This document shows positions 47,201-50,758 of a stretch of DNA of 54,237 bases, piece by piece (the stretch's first letter is position 1; every line of letters starts with the position of its first letter). Where the stretch lies: the IMG/VR virus record IMGVR_UViG_3300030250_000026; one strand, written 5' to 3'. A model generated the notes under the pieces. That model had not been told where the DNA came from, ran no database searches, and saw only the letters and a list, made by a program, of their open reading frames with translations. Source of the DNA: a virus. The translations under genes were made by a program, and so were the position numbers.

Positions 47201-47895
47201 AGGTTGGCAGTGACAATTATGGTGCGGTGAATGATGTGCTGAACTTGCTTGTGCAGGCTGGTTTTGGTGTGAACCCTCAGACTCTGACAGATGCGGCGGT
47301 GGCGATATATGACTATTGTGGCTCTGACGTTGAGACGACGAAGGAGTGTGCGTTGCTTGTGATGCGTGTGATGAACTGCCCTCAGAGCCAGATGGATAAT
47401 ATCTACTTTGATGAGATTGATGCTACTGGCGAGGAGGCGAAGGCGATGAGTGTGGAGGAGATTGCTGAACGCTATGCGAGGTATAAGGCTTTGCGGAGTG
47501 CCCCGTTGCGTGCGTTGAGCAGTGATGCCTTGAAGGCTGCTGAAAAGAAGCCTCGCGAGAGGGTGCTGACGGAGGCGAAGGAGCAGCTTGACGGCCGATT
47601 GATGACTGAGGAGGCTCAAAGGTATCTTGATGAGTATGAGGCGACGAAGAAGAAGGTGACGGAGACTCGTGCTTTGGCTGATACTGACCCGAAGGCTTTC
47701 ATGCAGCAGATGCCGGCCTTGGCGCGCTCGGGTGAGTTTAGGAGGTACAGGCGTGTCGGGCTGTACAAGAGTGAGGTTGACAAGCTGACGAAGAAGCTGC
47801 TCAGGACGAGTGACCCGGCAGAGCGTAGGGCGTTGTTTGGTAAGATGCTTGATGCTCGTGACAAGATGCTGAAGCAGGTGAGGGAGATGGAGTGA
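29281..47895 (+). CDS. Giant polyvalent protein (6,204 aa): multi-enzyme, probably virion-delivered effector
   Basis: One uninterrupted 18,615-nt ORF. Contains four HExxH modules, ParB-like, pyrophosphatase-like, ART-like and SAM-methyltransferase motifs, and a Gly-rich hydrophobic N-region (see the domain features below). Confidence 0.85.
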   Translation: MPISKSALKNIYATLQKGGYTQDYETFEKGFTGNEHYANRKKVYDLLTANGAQIGDSYEDFMRRIYVAPAKPAAAQTAHPQQTAQAAAPAQHAPAAKPKPRNGQLTAAQRQAYIARAQQMSQQVGASVQRTNNRMDYERARAGLRTPRVQLGSKASGGAKLGENSRVVATKPKFNPATGKMERTYLTESGNEYTSRAAADMEQNEIDQAVQQQLYPSYNNYNDKQAVAAQAPATAVAAQLWKEAQNAYDADSRRYDEMDSKNPWAANMGVAKAQNLEVSRLKHFDLQKMSDNAWARVGKQMTTSCYARLRKMYPNALERQVQASAEKEARALVQNAVYKYAVKMNAPKSQLEYFIKKAVDANMLTSVLRGMARKQAGTTGDMAAYEEAMDEYGKDHRWTGVFGTGVGMAFDPTNWLGGYVGSLAGKAALNIGGRLVLKSAPGVGARLFGSTMAGKLVTGAASGMGMMGTYEGVKEAERQWVYGGHVNPETRENEGYSAGAVALSALKGAGLGAMTGMVSPLVGNVADKVVQTTTSATGKVVTRLGEVATSAVAEGTIFAMPAVISGQESFVDAWTESMAMIVGLKGPHMVKSAGQVIAGMRPVANPRTMAERNKNRRGFVENLKRTMDAGANKQWNGNQPDVRFTKEELAELKQMGYGNLASLLTPTEKVLPKKKPSQPKHPKNTDGLTVYFDVGSGKKEAEADPKMKWLQQHPEFDGYATMEKLMQDPNVSQAARAKAYYMLTGRLLPMGTITGWNVGKDDKGNIWVKSVNSEGEVVTSRRFTDEASAKREEAKIIRQVELNTVDMGEQYKEMQANAAVVETAIKAVAPNADVNEAMRVYGEVKKGNKDYDSYKDLAKSIDEAIASNPEAVERAKTLLPENIRKDIAEQTGVEVDKALGKPEAERTDAEKQAVQTYLERLYDKSASDGAATPPDAQLQGPEQFAEAYAQHRTHKGSGQVVPATMKAGDRKVYVIDGDVVQYADKSGIDVAKSDKSIVVCDAETGKYEYTSPDQLMNVGEPADPSTLSEAYMANERAKEAAANGEGTAEGNAAAEGNAAANGDVSADGGKAEVVEPAYTDGSRVEINGHEYDVKSAGEKTVVLVDEHGKELAWTRSALDAKLESGDAEVLEPKAEAAPDVATEGLKAGDVFEDSDGNALTVKRVDGDKVVAVGADGKAQTYEDGTFEQMVESGVLKRAQKTEEPSEAKVDLTDNQGNPVNDDGTLKVEAVQSVDELTDEDFSAPTRNVQLPALPQNVDAALNANGKPVIIKKNIFKKNWGAHEFYSDESRAILKAALYNTDLVGQRQSNDKPLHWVAIRIDDESPTVVLEVNENKDNIEIVDWFTVDERESKRIYRIKKQAEKNGGELVMLSPKDKVESLSTPQTDLSAESKGTEQSSGVQAEVPQAEVQENAPMPMRVVGKGKNAVQEEDWLATTPKRGHDYVFKESGLDAEEANAFVENKVAEAEKNLEKVKGKAPKMGTNIAAYKEAKADYEARVAEAQKAVDYWHAVKAERDKVLLEERRARKEKDKALYDDAVAQEEQRKAEMAQKAAEQEALGSNAVAPAIKEKWENAPKVDGGADEITLPNGEVVTGHYVLTESGAASASHQATNGFAETEGYPVDVNGETVNDRDYKRDAEAQQVTRGMAADYDSRALQSPVVVSGDGVVLSGNGRTMAGEIAALNGSDAKYNAYLRGHAGKFGFTTEQVEGFKHPRVVFVPDGEMPYTSETFAKFNQREQKSQSRTEMAVKLGKVVDDALFGRVMDVIGRHESLAEFYADDAATAAVVKELADAGVIPQTEMAQLFDGGRLSESGQAMVEGVLVGKVFQGSPDAVRQITEVKSMRKAVMAALPEVVACHRLGGGYDLSKELAAAVDLVYKARKAGFKLGQHVSQHARQGNLFQLDDGATVADYNNAAVMMLADVMNDGRVTQLKKVLSFYNTQAADSAQGIGDMFAGGVKSKGQIINEVNELLNNGQEYDRRTPSVADGQGVGGEGGEQGDVAGPSHQGGAGSERGLSEAFDGLAAQLKTAEGEERKRVLGEMRDGIARFAEENGYPVPEFLLTREDFLAAVPEKDRAKYVEWLDDGAHMPAYYTKGKVYVYVEGCETFDKDVNETLAHEYTHADNAEFPENVNALTYALEDTHEVTRDELREILREMSQGEHYDREAERLEAEGKDVNKMLADEVIAHAVARMVVEGEQVLDGITKNPTLQFIIKRAYKARENERQYNIRARENAERHDNASEGDNRGGSNNGANVEGESANGGVGRPVNGSEGGEVSSERGRSTVSDGKEVAAPSLEGAKVGVTDGEKSSATGDALPSGKGDTPLSEKIATASAEVNTEPTEAQKEAGNYKKGHVQVGTFDITIEQPQGSVRKGTDADGKQWESKMNNTYGYIRGAVGVDGDHIDVFLSNDIDGWNGRRVFVVDQYNPDGSFDEHKVMLGFNDADEAKNDYLANYENGWENGRRIDVTAVNLEDFEKWIASSKRKTKPFGEYSSVKNGVVPSGEGDTPLLDVDGKPIVVKADDGKVELNLRTWQDEKQQVRDALLDGGLEPEAVDAMMAQAETIASGMSGLADKYPLFGAWQKVAATNRPILRNNAGGYLSFDYSFNCVKKDALNAVMEALVAEGKGGHLGVTQVEALKKVLQKHGFLTPCVMCYVEAKRKVYKQSKEMAAKWNAVAEAAGLTGEDMGAERELGAEQRNALAQLANGENLGSVKGSAENGKYGIKKDTIVKIAKLMLDSAKLRGRMNYEWMMSPSSYTEMYNKFGDTGLMEFMSQGQSRGKALLETSPFSFKSVPRDLMMGMYNPVVLANMGGVRQFSYEDARAVMFFDYYTQFLVMQGARAPEHLYTKRPFMPEMFGRTGAMMNQSLIVDIWRGEEWHKKALGLSDKEYDAWLTAHAGFVPRGALPKGHTLYEAGSTELVPNWGVESFPVDIAMKNVHNKDYKGTVGNVVVAPNRKFILWALDNPDIHMVLAYHANGANPLVKSLTGYDRAEAMDDGYHTHDENGKVVDELSVPEIGLEIHDGDLQWNVLLRRNGYDARKAAQVYLDYCKEHGLTPMFCYDGVVDMSGERATSHPEYYKLLTDFRVYDEDGNSIRQRAVKALLPENWQVILDKYLQQESALGSKVGHIGLDEGLMKEINAVTRFASIESGERDTLTKLLTSIYGKDNVQVLATREFDAALDEVTERGHAQMLRDNGGTVYGFAVGDRIVLNEDLFNANTPMHEHTHVYMKVLKATNPRLYNRGMELWRDTPLWKQAKRGLEELGEEPTDEQIFSECMSQFTGVENEKVISEVTGITDKNWLQKAMSWLSEMWKGVKSAFSRWTQNDLDGLTAEQFGRMPLRAVYDAKERKAYAKMVKQVFGNGGAGEHGVEMMHEPSREETILRDVVIEHMKGSGLDVIGTEEGQRVLDMANGRYVRLEAKQKRALETATIAEQSTNNATVVSSADGAKVQKVLETLADNYEKRPNKTRGFITDLSRSLGLVQHEASQYGTFETRNGKLVTIRVSNHNARVSFFDENGEEDGISIVISSHKNKGVLNDGKAHLVEYFYPKQSLERSGGKPLADIVKCVSTVLESGKFEDTTGLAQRQEVNAQQIREHRVYHGSGAEFDHFDHSHMSEGEGSQVYGWGTYVTEVKGIAEGYAIRARNGISNINEEWYLKRGELESNIYRAKEQLPFLKGEYKAEMEAQISEWEKQLKEYDGPNNLYTVEIPDDNGSNYLAWNEPLSVEDSGRIISGLFDLPPSDIEEMAKRDYTFKHILYDLIKINDKAQYVPVLAKGNVLSRSTMYDGGREINDFGGVYRRLQGWFGSAKAVSKFLYSLGYAGIKYPADYRSGGREDDAKNYVIFNENDAEITDHVRFFKTKNGEAYGFTVGGKIYYDPRIANAETPVHEYAHLWASALKANNAEEWKNVVDLMKGTNVWEEVKKTYPELETDDEIADEVLATYSGRRGAERLREEMRKAAADGDGVMGKAEAVSALQRVKRAIDRFWKAVADFLHIHYTSAEEVADRVMKDLLDGVDPRKFMGDKAQKEKMRYQFMGEKGAGENVRDAEDYTAFASRYGVSEDMVKDYALGIKTGNLQKANFALTEIRRTMRVANRGMKLSEFGKLFRPVQKELAERYGDIEVLRQEYIDAEMRERGVMEAARKRAEEEAAKRKARADELRLLPEEELDRRYFEAVERGDDAAAREMLDEAARRKGYGDTESEYQGVGAWVAPSNPGYETDEARRDAVGEDSPDLNVEDMAAGYSNQPEDIFVHPDKYSQGLPTSKESGKAIQTAIDDIRNGKKEVKIKVYRAVPTSVKESKLRNGDWVTPSKEYAEMHGNNRLEGKYRIIEDEVPAGELWWDGNDVNEWGFDDGKGYKYKNVENSRKLNDLVTRDDNGEIIAPSKRFDENVEDVRYRTSEELGQEYGSRWIDEQTNEDGRHTTQVKNTINSYKKFGDWVKRDSGGRNVDVLDASSGLGLGTEWLRENGINVEDVEPYPSENRTAPTYISYGEVKKKYDYIISNAVLNVIPDDWRANVLHNMAEKLKVGGKLVINVRSAESIRKQGKEGETRITLDDPSEILVLRPNGSIKAYQKGFTKAELKEWCEKELGKGYSVEIANDKNAGGSYDTAVVVTKNNESGTIGVASEAGRPRRSAQALPSSNAKLDNNQKFANNLLVLSENLSERDMGAHEFLFNVAKAFGLNGQNLNKSFYQDLSNSVGIRISDHSANTDNITNRNVNDDVYGLVVKLSKNRFKSRSDANYLEYVYYPDKLTGERQREIVEGLNKFLQTGDYMQLPAPDRVNRSGKFDVLIDGRETSPTAKHQAANDLARQMHVEGEVEVVTSTDGLTGRQAKAKGWYDVRTGRVTIVLPNNKNAADVRETVFHEVVAHKGLRNLVGEENFNTFLDNVYNNAEEGIKQTIDEMAEKKYNGDKRKATEEYMAHLAEDGEYVKPENQGFFAKVRDFLTDLLRKVGIKLGFKLTDNDLRYILWRSWKGLAERDGGSVFEKAEDVKMQHELGQTDEARSASGENGIMFREGSDELKDVVEKMKADVERLHEGELDDLRSGARAIGGRLSELNKAMRLQRAYDMSTVASVTELAKTMLKNGLLSEMSDYDVRRLLSVVNNVHGKGDIRPYVQKVVDMMVGNRLRNVSKAFDKLLAMRGKKVDARGVEVQGELDLAGQRMADVVWKGIGMSDDDVADMCADAQDRMMSANGAEAAAAATDYAGWQIVMRYNETIRDSKSEEVRLREDLKRAKEDYDAGRMTREAYMEFRESTNDAIRENRIERAEAYEELYEQLGGAYGESIKRAADFKAAEKARVLEIQHNANSDMEGRPARSYRKDTAVDKVLNSSPVQLLFAPLGTFDQMLRMFGSKNVKGEGYLWNRYMRGWLTATENEYTGYRDATAELDAKAAEVLGKGKTWADLFALERKLPKATVRVWDNGEMRELELPQGNLLYIYMVDKMADGRMKLRKMGVTEDDVAAIEDFLDPRLKEIGDWLQEVYLVEKRGKYNEVHERMFGAAMASIDNYFPLKILKDARAENVDVGVEKRESEMASTITGSVVKRTRNALALDLLNSDAFSVVLDHLQQMEHWSAFAEWNRDLNTLLSYKHFRNQVKNMRSAYGSGERLWEAFDKVARIAAGTYTPPKAFADKLAVNIAKGVTAAKISLRVFTALKQFTSFPAYLSDSNPVYLLKGVANPYGSWKWCMENLPLFEKRWKSRMAGDPRLLKNEMDWGLWRDNVVQMAAKWGMTPNGFVDALTVCIGARAMYETRRRKYIRYGYGLEEAERRAKQDASILYNQTQQSSEGAFLSALQVDRSWYSVLFTVFRNSSMSYTRQLYAALRNTGRRIAGGAKFKGISEAFMAKQMERDGIDPDKASKNAKAEYRKSWINDFVRAGVFGYVLQLAWNCGPYALYMLFGDDEKKGKEMWHDIWTHTAFGSVEGLTGGDVWSAGLQSLWNHYMNGEDFNANSVNKDMPLTSDLLKVVKKVGSDNYGAVNDVLNLLVQAGFGVNPQTLTDAAVAIYDYCGSDVETTKECALLVMRVMNCPQSQMDNIYFDEIDATGEEAKAMSVEEIAERYARYKALRSAPLRALSSDALKAAEKKPRERVLTEAKEQLDGRLMTEEAQRYLDEYEATKKKVTETRALADTDPKAFMQQMPALARSGEFRRYRRVGLYKSEVDKLTKKLLRTSDPAERRALFGKMLDARDKMLKQVREME
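30472..31085 (+). other. Domain: Gly/Ala-rich hydrophobic region (membrane-insertion or tape-measure-like)
   Basis: WTGVFGTGVGMAFDPTNWLGGYVGSLAGKAALNIGG...GAGLGAMTGMVSPLVGN... Confidence 0.5.
32170..32870 (+). other. Domain: three ~50-aa beta-rich repeats (SH3/Tudor-like by pattern)
   Basis: MKAGDRKVYVIDGDVVQY.., YTDGSRVEINGHEYDV.. and LKAGDVFEDSDGNALTV.. share a common periodic pattern. Confidence 0.4.
34060..34445 (+). other. Domain: ParB/Srx-superfamily-like (ddrB-ParB type of polyvalent proteins)
   Basis: SPVVVSGDGVVLSGNGRTMAGEIAAL has the GNGR-type motif recalled from ParB-like domains of polyvalent proteins. Confidence 0.5.
35551..35865 (+). other. Domain: zincin-like metallopeptidase module 1
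   Basis: KGKVYVYVEG...NETLAHEYTHADN with a downstream ADEVIAHAV (HExxH + Glu). Confidence 0.6.
36301..36745 (+). other. Domain: inorganic-pyrophosphatase-like
   Basis: GNYKKGH...ITIEQPQGSVRKG...YGYIRGAVGVDGDHIDVFL parallels the PPase YGYI...DGDPVDV metal-binding core. Confidence 0.6.
38875..39132 (+). other. Domain: zincin-like metallopeptidase module 2
   Basis: YGFAVGDRIVLNEDLFNANTPMHEHTHVYMKVL. Confidence 0.6.
39688..40025 (+). other. Domain: IR[IV]S[ND]H module, copy 1
   Basis: GFITDLSRSLGL...VTIRVSNHNARV...LVEYFYPK...VLESGKF. Paralogous to 43294-43612. Confidence 0.45.
40072..40850 (+). other. Domain: ADP-ribosyltransferase-like (H-Y-x, ART-PolyVal type)
   Basis: HRVYHGSGAEFDHF...QVYGWGTYVTE...AKNYVIFNEND fits the His / Tyr / third-strand layout of H-Y-E ARTs. 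Confidence 0.45.
40878..41125 (+). other. Domain: zincin-like metallopeptidase module 3
   Basis: YGFTVGGKIYYDPRIANAETPVHEYAHLWASAL...ADEVLATYSG. Confidence 0.6.
42553..43140 (+). other. Domain: class-I SAM-dependent methyltransferase
   Basis: Motif I VDVLDASSGLGLG, post-I VEDVEP, YDYIISNAVLNVIP, and GGKLVINV. Confidence 0.65.
43294..43612 (+). other. Domain: IR[IV]S[ND]H module, copy 2
   Basis: GAHEFLFNVAKAFGL...VGIRISDHSANT...YLEYVYYPD...FLQTGDY. Confidence 0.45.
43801..44076 (+). other. Domain: zincin-like metallopeptidase module 4
   Basis: GWYDVRTGRVTIVLPNNKNAADVRETVFHEVVAHKGLRNL...TEEYMAHLAEDG. Confidence 0.6.
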
Positions 47896-47904
47896 GGAGA
47901 TGGA

Positions 47905-48025
47905 TAGTTTTAAGTTGAGGAGTTGAAAAGTTTAGAAGTTAAGAGGAATGTTTTAGAGGGTGGACTCGCAGAGGTAACTTCATAAGCTTTTCAACTTGAG
48001 ACTCCAACTCCTCAACTTGTCAACT
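47905..48025 (+). repeat. AGTTGA-block palindromic element, copy D
   Basis: ATAGTTTTAAGTTGAGGAGTTGAAAAG...GGACTCGCAGAGGTAACTTCATAAGCTTTTCAACTTGAG...CTCAACTTGTCAACT. Confidence 0.85.
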
Positions 48026-48053
48026 AATACCTCTAATTGGTAGTGATAGAAAG

Positions 48054-48086
48054 AAAAAGCGTGGCAGATACACTGTCACGCTTTTT
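48054..48086. terminator. Bidirectional terminator between the giant ORF and the convergent RHH gene
   Basis: A5-GCGTGGCAG-ATACA-CTGTCACGC-T5. Confidence 0.75.
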
Positions 48087-48089
48087 CTG

Positions 48090-48260
48090 TTATAATCCGA
48101 GTTGTTTGATTAGGTAATCGCCAACAGCGAGGTTTTGCTCTTTGGCTGCGGTCTTTATTTCGTTCACGGCCTTTTGCGGCATTCGGCAGTATAGGACTGC
48201 ATCGCCTACTTTTTTGCGCCCTGAATTGGGACGTCTGCCGCCCCATGTGTTTTTATTCAT
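48090..48260 (-). CDS. Small RHH (Arc/CopG-like) DNA-binding protein, 56 aa (absent from the ORF track)
   Basis: Translated by hand: MNKNTWGGRRPNSGRKKVGDAVLYCRMPQKAVNEIKTAAKEQNLAVGDYLIKQLGL. Basic arm followed by a beta-alpha-alpha pattern. Confidence 0.55.
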   Translation of the reverse strand: MNKNTWGGRRPNSGRKKVGDAVLYCRMPQKAVNEIKTAAKEQNLAVGDYLIKQLGL

Positions 48261-48355
48261 AGATTATTCATGTTTTATTCATGCCTTTATGTCATCAATC
48301 TTAGTTGAGATATGCCATAGTAGATAATAAAAGAGTCGAGAATTAAATCTCGTGG

Positions 48356-48387
48356 TAAGCCCCACCCCGTGACGGTGGGGCTTTTTT
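48356..48387. terminator. Hairpin AAGCCCCACC/GGTGGGGCTT with a T6 run on the plus strand, at the 3' end of a minus-strand gene
   Basis: Seen directly. The orientation of the T-run is opposite to the adjacent gene. Confidence 0.45.
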
Positions 48388-48649
48388 AATATCTTACTTC
48401 GTGTACGTTAATCTGATACACGCGGTCCTCGGCTTGGGTGGTGAGGCCGATGAGCTTTGTGTAATACTCTTTGTAATGTGCGTAGATGTCGTACCCGAGT
48501 AGAACCGTTTCGGCAGTTGGGATAAACTCTTCTTCGCCATGTTCTTGCGTTATGCTGTCGGCCTCTATGGCGTTGAAAGCTGCTTCTTTCGTGGCGTAGA
48601 CACCTTCGATAAAGTTATCTTCAGTTGTCAATATATATACTTTATCCAT
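48386..48649 (-). CDS. Small acidic protein
   Basis: 87 aa, rich in Glu/Asp. Part of a minus-strand cassette. Confidence 0.55.
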   Translation of the reverse strand: MDKVYILTTEDNFIEGVYATKEAAFNAIEADSITQEHGEEEFIPTAETVLLGYDIYAHYKEYYTKLIGLTTQAEDRVYQINVHEVRY

Positions 48650-48721
48650 TTTGTTGCTCTTGCCGTGTTGAGCGTAGGGCTGGGGTTGTTATCATTTTAC
48701 TCGCCTACGACTCTGGTTAAT

Positions 48722-48931
48722 TTAGTTTCTAAAATTTCGCAAGCCTTTTTTAAGGGCCGATACGCTTTGTCTCAGATAGAGCATTTCGCCAACCGCATCG
48801 GCATCTTGCTCGCCATCGTGGCGAGGGTAAGCTAAATCTAACAGCGCAATCTCGTCACTCATAAGGTTGTTAATATCTTGATATGCAATGCCTGCGTTCT
48901 TCTCTACTTTCTGTATATCTGCTATTTTCAT
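48722..48931 (-). CDS. Small acidic protein
   Basis: 69-aa ORF in the same cassette. Confidence 0.5.
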   Translation of the reverse strand: MKIADIQKVEKNAGIAYQDINNLMSDEIALLDLAYPRHDGEQDADAVGEMLYLRQSVSALKKGLRNFRN

Positions 48932-48970
48932 AAATATGACTTAACCGTGATGTCGAGGGCTGTGGTTGTG

Positions 48971-49246
48971 TTAGTTAATGGGTTCGATTTCTACTGCCCA
49001 CGCTGGGGTGGTGTAGTCCTCGTTAGCGATGGCGTAGTAAGCATTGCCTACGCGAACGACTTCAAAATAGTAGTCGTTCTCGTGACTTTTCAGCCACTCT
49101 GCGTATTCTTCTGAGCCAAGCCCTTCAAGAAAGTCGTAAATGGCTCCTTGGTCATCTTGTTCGGAGATAGCCTCTGATTTCTCAAAATAGCGAGGTTCAA
49201 CGACCTCGTATAATTCTTCCTTCGCTTTTAAGTCTGTCGTAATCAT
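48971..49246 (-). CDS. Small, strongly acidic protein (anti-defence/DNA-mimic candidate)
   Basis: 91 aa, many Glu/Asp/Tyr residues. First gene after the leftward promoter. Confidence 0.55.
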   Translation of the reverse strand: MITTDLKAKEELYEVVEPRYFEKSEAISEQDDQGAIYDFLEGLGSEEYAEWLKSHENDYYFEVVRVGNAYYAIANEDYTTPAWAVEIEPIN

Positions 49247-49294
49247 AACACTGTTGGTTTAAGTTGTTTGTTACTTTGTTTCTTATTTACGTTG

Positions 49295-49302
49295 CAAAGA
49301 TA
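49295..49302 (-). promoter_or_regulatory. Leftward -7 box TATCTTTG (Bacteroidota TAnnTTTG)
   Basis: The reverse complement of CAAAGATA. An upstream TTTG lies about 24 nt away, which is a suboptimal spacing. Confidence 0.4.
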
Positions 49303-49342
49303 CGGCATTTGTTTTGAGAATGCAAGCAAAACCAAGATTATT

Positions 49343-49373
49343 TTTGCAATACATGTTGTAAAACATATTTTTG
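49343..49373 (+). promoter_or_regulatory. Rightward promoter TTTG-N19-TATTTTTG
   Basis: TTTG at 49343-46, a 19-nt spacer, and TATTTTTG at 49366-73. This is an exact fit to the Bacteroidota consensus. Confidence 0.6.
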
Positions 49374-49489
49374 GGTGTTGGAGGTGGCTTCTATTAGTAG
49401 ATAGAAGTAGATGTACGGTTGGGAATAAAGCGTGCTGCTTGGGTGTGGTGGTTAACTTTGCATTGGACGTGGTTTATGCGTCATGCTGA

Positions 49490-49987
49490 ATGATTATGGA
49501 TATAAGGTTGAACATATTGCGTGCTGATGTGCTTGGGAAGGTGCATGAGATGGCGGGTTACACTGGCGCCAAGATGGTGCAGGGTGATGATGGTGCGTAT
49601 GTGCGTGTGGCGACTACTGAGGCTGATGAGCGTTTGCTGTCGGAGTTTGTTGAACGGGCGAAGGCTGATGTGGTGATGGGGCTTGGCAGATATGGGGCGC
49701 GTGTGCTGGAGAATGAGGACACGGGTGTGATGGTGCTGGCGTTGGACATGCCGTCGAACTATGACACGCGGCTTAATGATGCGGTGTGTGAGGAGGTGGC
49801 GAATTGTATGTTGTATACTGCTGTGGGGTATTGGTTTATGCTGACGAACAAGCAGGAGGCTGGGGCGTATGTGCAGATGGCCCAGGGTAGTTTGGCTGCA
49901 GCGCGTCAGATGCTGTCGAAGCGTGTTGCTCCGGTGCGTGTTGTGCCGACGGTGAGTGATGAGGGAGATGGTGTTAGTTATGAGTGA
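49490..49987 (+). CDS. Paralogue 1 of a three-member family (head-tail connector/completion-like)
   Basis: Shared C-terminal pattern (hydrophobic-Y...W...A...L..R..P.R) and the ending VSYE. Confidence 0.45.
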   Translation: MIMDIRLNILRADVLGKVHEMAGYTGAKMVQGDDGAYVRVATTEADERLLSEFVERAKADVVMGLGRYGARVLENEDTGVMVLALDMPSNYDTRLNDAVCEEVANCMLYTAVGYWFMLTNKQEAGAYVQMAQGSLAAARQMLSKRVAPVRVVPTVSDEGDGVSYE

Positions 49988-49997
49988 GGAGGGAAGA

Positions 49998-50112
49998 TAG
50001 TTTTATAAGTTGAAAAGTTGAGGAGTTTAGGGGTTTATGTGGTCGCTTTTGAGAGTTGGACAAGCAGGGGTAACTTCTTAACTTTTCAACTCTTCAACTC
50101 ATCAACTTGAAA
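49998..50112 (+). repeat. AGTTGA-block palindromic element, copy E (most diverged)
   Basis: ATAGTTTTATAAGTTGAAAAGTTGAGGAG...CAGGGGTAACTTCTTAACTTTTCAACTCTTCAACTCATCAACTTGAAA. Confidence 0.8.
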
Positions 50113-50134
50113 ATGAATAGGAGGTTTTTGAATT

Positions 50135-50758
50135 ATGCCGAGGAGACAGACTTTGGAGGTTAGGTTGTATTTGAGTGAGCTGATGTATGATGTGCAGCAG
50201 AAGGCTTGGCGTACGGGTGAGAGTATGCGTGGTGGTGATGCTGCGTCGGAGGAGCAGGCGTCGAAGGTGGAGGAGTTGTCGGACGCTGGCAAGGACTTGG
50301 TGTTGCGTGCTTTTGGCAATGCTTATGGGGTGTTGCGTACGGAACTTGGTGAGTACATAGTGGAGGAGTGTGCGATGGCTGACAATTTGCTGCTGCCGGA
50401 GGTGCGGAAGAAAATTGTGCATGGCATTGTGATAGGTTATGGTGGTGCGCCTTCAAGGTCTGTGAGTGATGAGACGGAGGATAATACGCTGGTGGTGCTG
50501 CTGCGTGTGCCGATGAACTTTAACCTGGGTGTGCGCCAGGGTGTGGCTGCTGCGATGCACGCGTATATGGTGGATTGTGCGATGGCTGAATGGCTGATGG
50601 TGAGTGCGGCGGCTGGTGGTGCTGCTCAGTGGCTGGAGCGGGCGAAGGCTGACTTGCTGGCATTGCGTGTGGCGTTGAACAAGCGTATACGTCCGACTCG
50701 TGTGCATGAGCCGGCACGAACAGAACCTAAGACTAAAGATGATGTGCGTTATGAGTAG
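50135..50758 (+). CDS. Paralogue 2 of the three-member family
   Basis: AAAMHAYMVDCAMAEWLMVSAAAGGAAQWLERAKADLLALRVALNKRIRPTRV. Ends VRYE. Confidence 0.45.
   Translation: MPRRQTLEVRLYLSELMYDVQQKAWRTGESMRGGDAASEEQASKVEELSDAGKDLVLRAFGNAYGVLRTELGEYIVEECAMADNLLLPEVRKKIVHGIVIGYGGAPSRSVSDETEDNTLVVLLRVPMNFNLGVRQGVAAAMHAYMVDCAMAEWLMVSAAAGGAAQWLERAKADLLALRVALNKRIRPTRVHEPARTEPKTKDDVRYE

Noticed and set aside
29131-47864. Many long minus-strand ORFs (up to 523 aa, for example 33391-34962, 40624-42069, 43909-45210 and 45247-46614) antisense to the giant ORF
   Set aside because: Same shadow-ORF signature (H/L/R/T/P-rich, no motifs). The sense frame is unbroken for 18.6 kb and carries several enzyme signatures.
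17911-48086. Similarity between the terminators at 17911-17941 and 48054-48086 (AAAAAGCGTG...GTCACGCTTTTT) as a possible repeat family
   Set aside because: Only two copies exist. The similarity is limited to a GC-clamp stem plus A/T runs, which is what convergent evolution of bidirectional terminators would produce.
48142-48327. A plus-strand 61-aa ORF
   Set aside because: It is antisense to the hand-translated RHH gene (48090-48260), which has a clear DNA-binding pattern. The plus-strand product is hydrophobic and low-complexity, with no start context.
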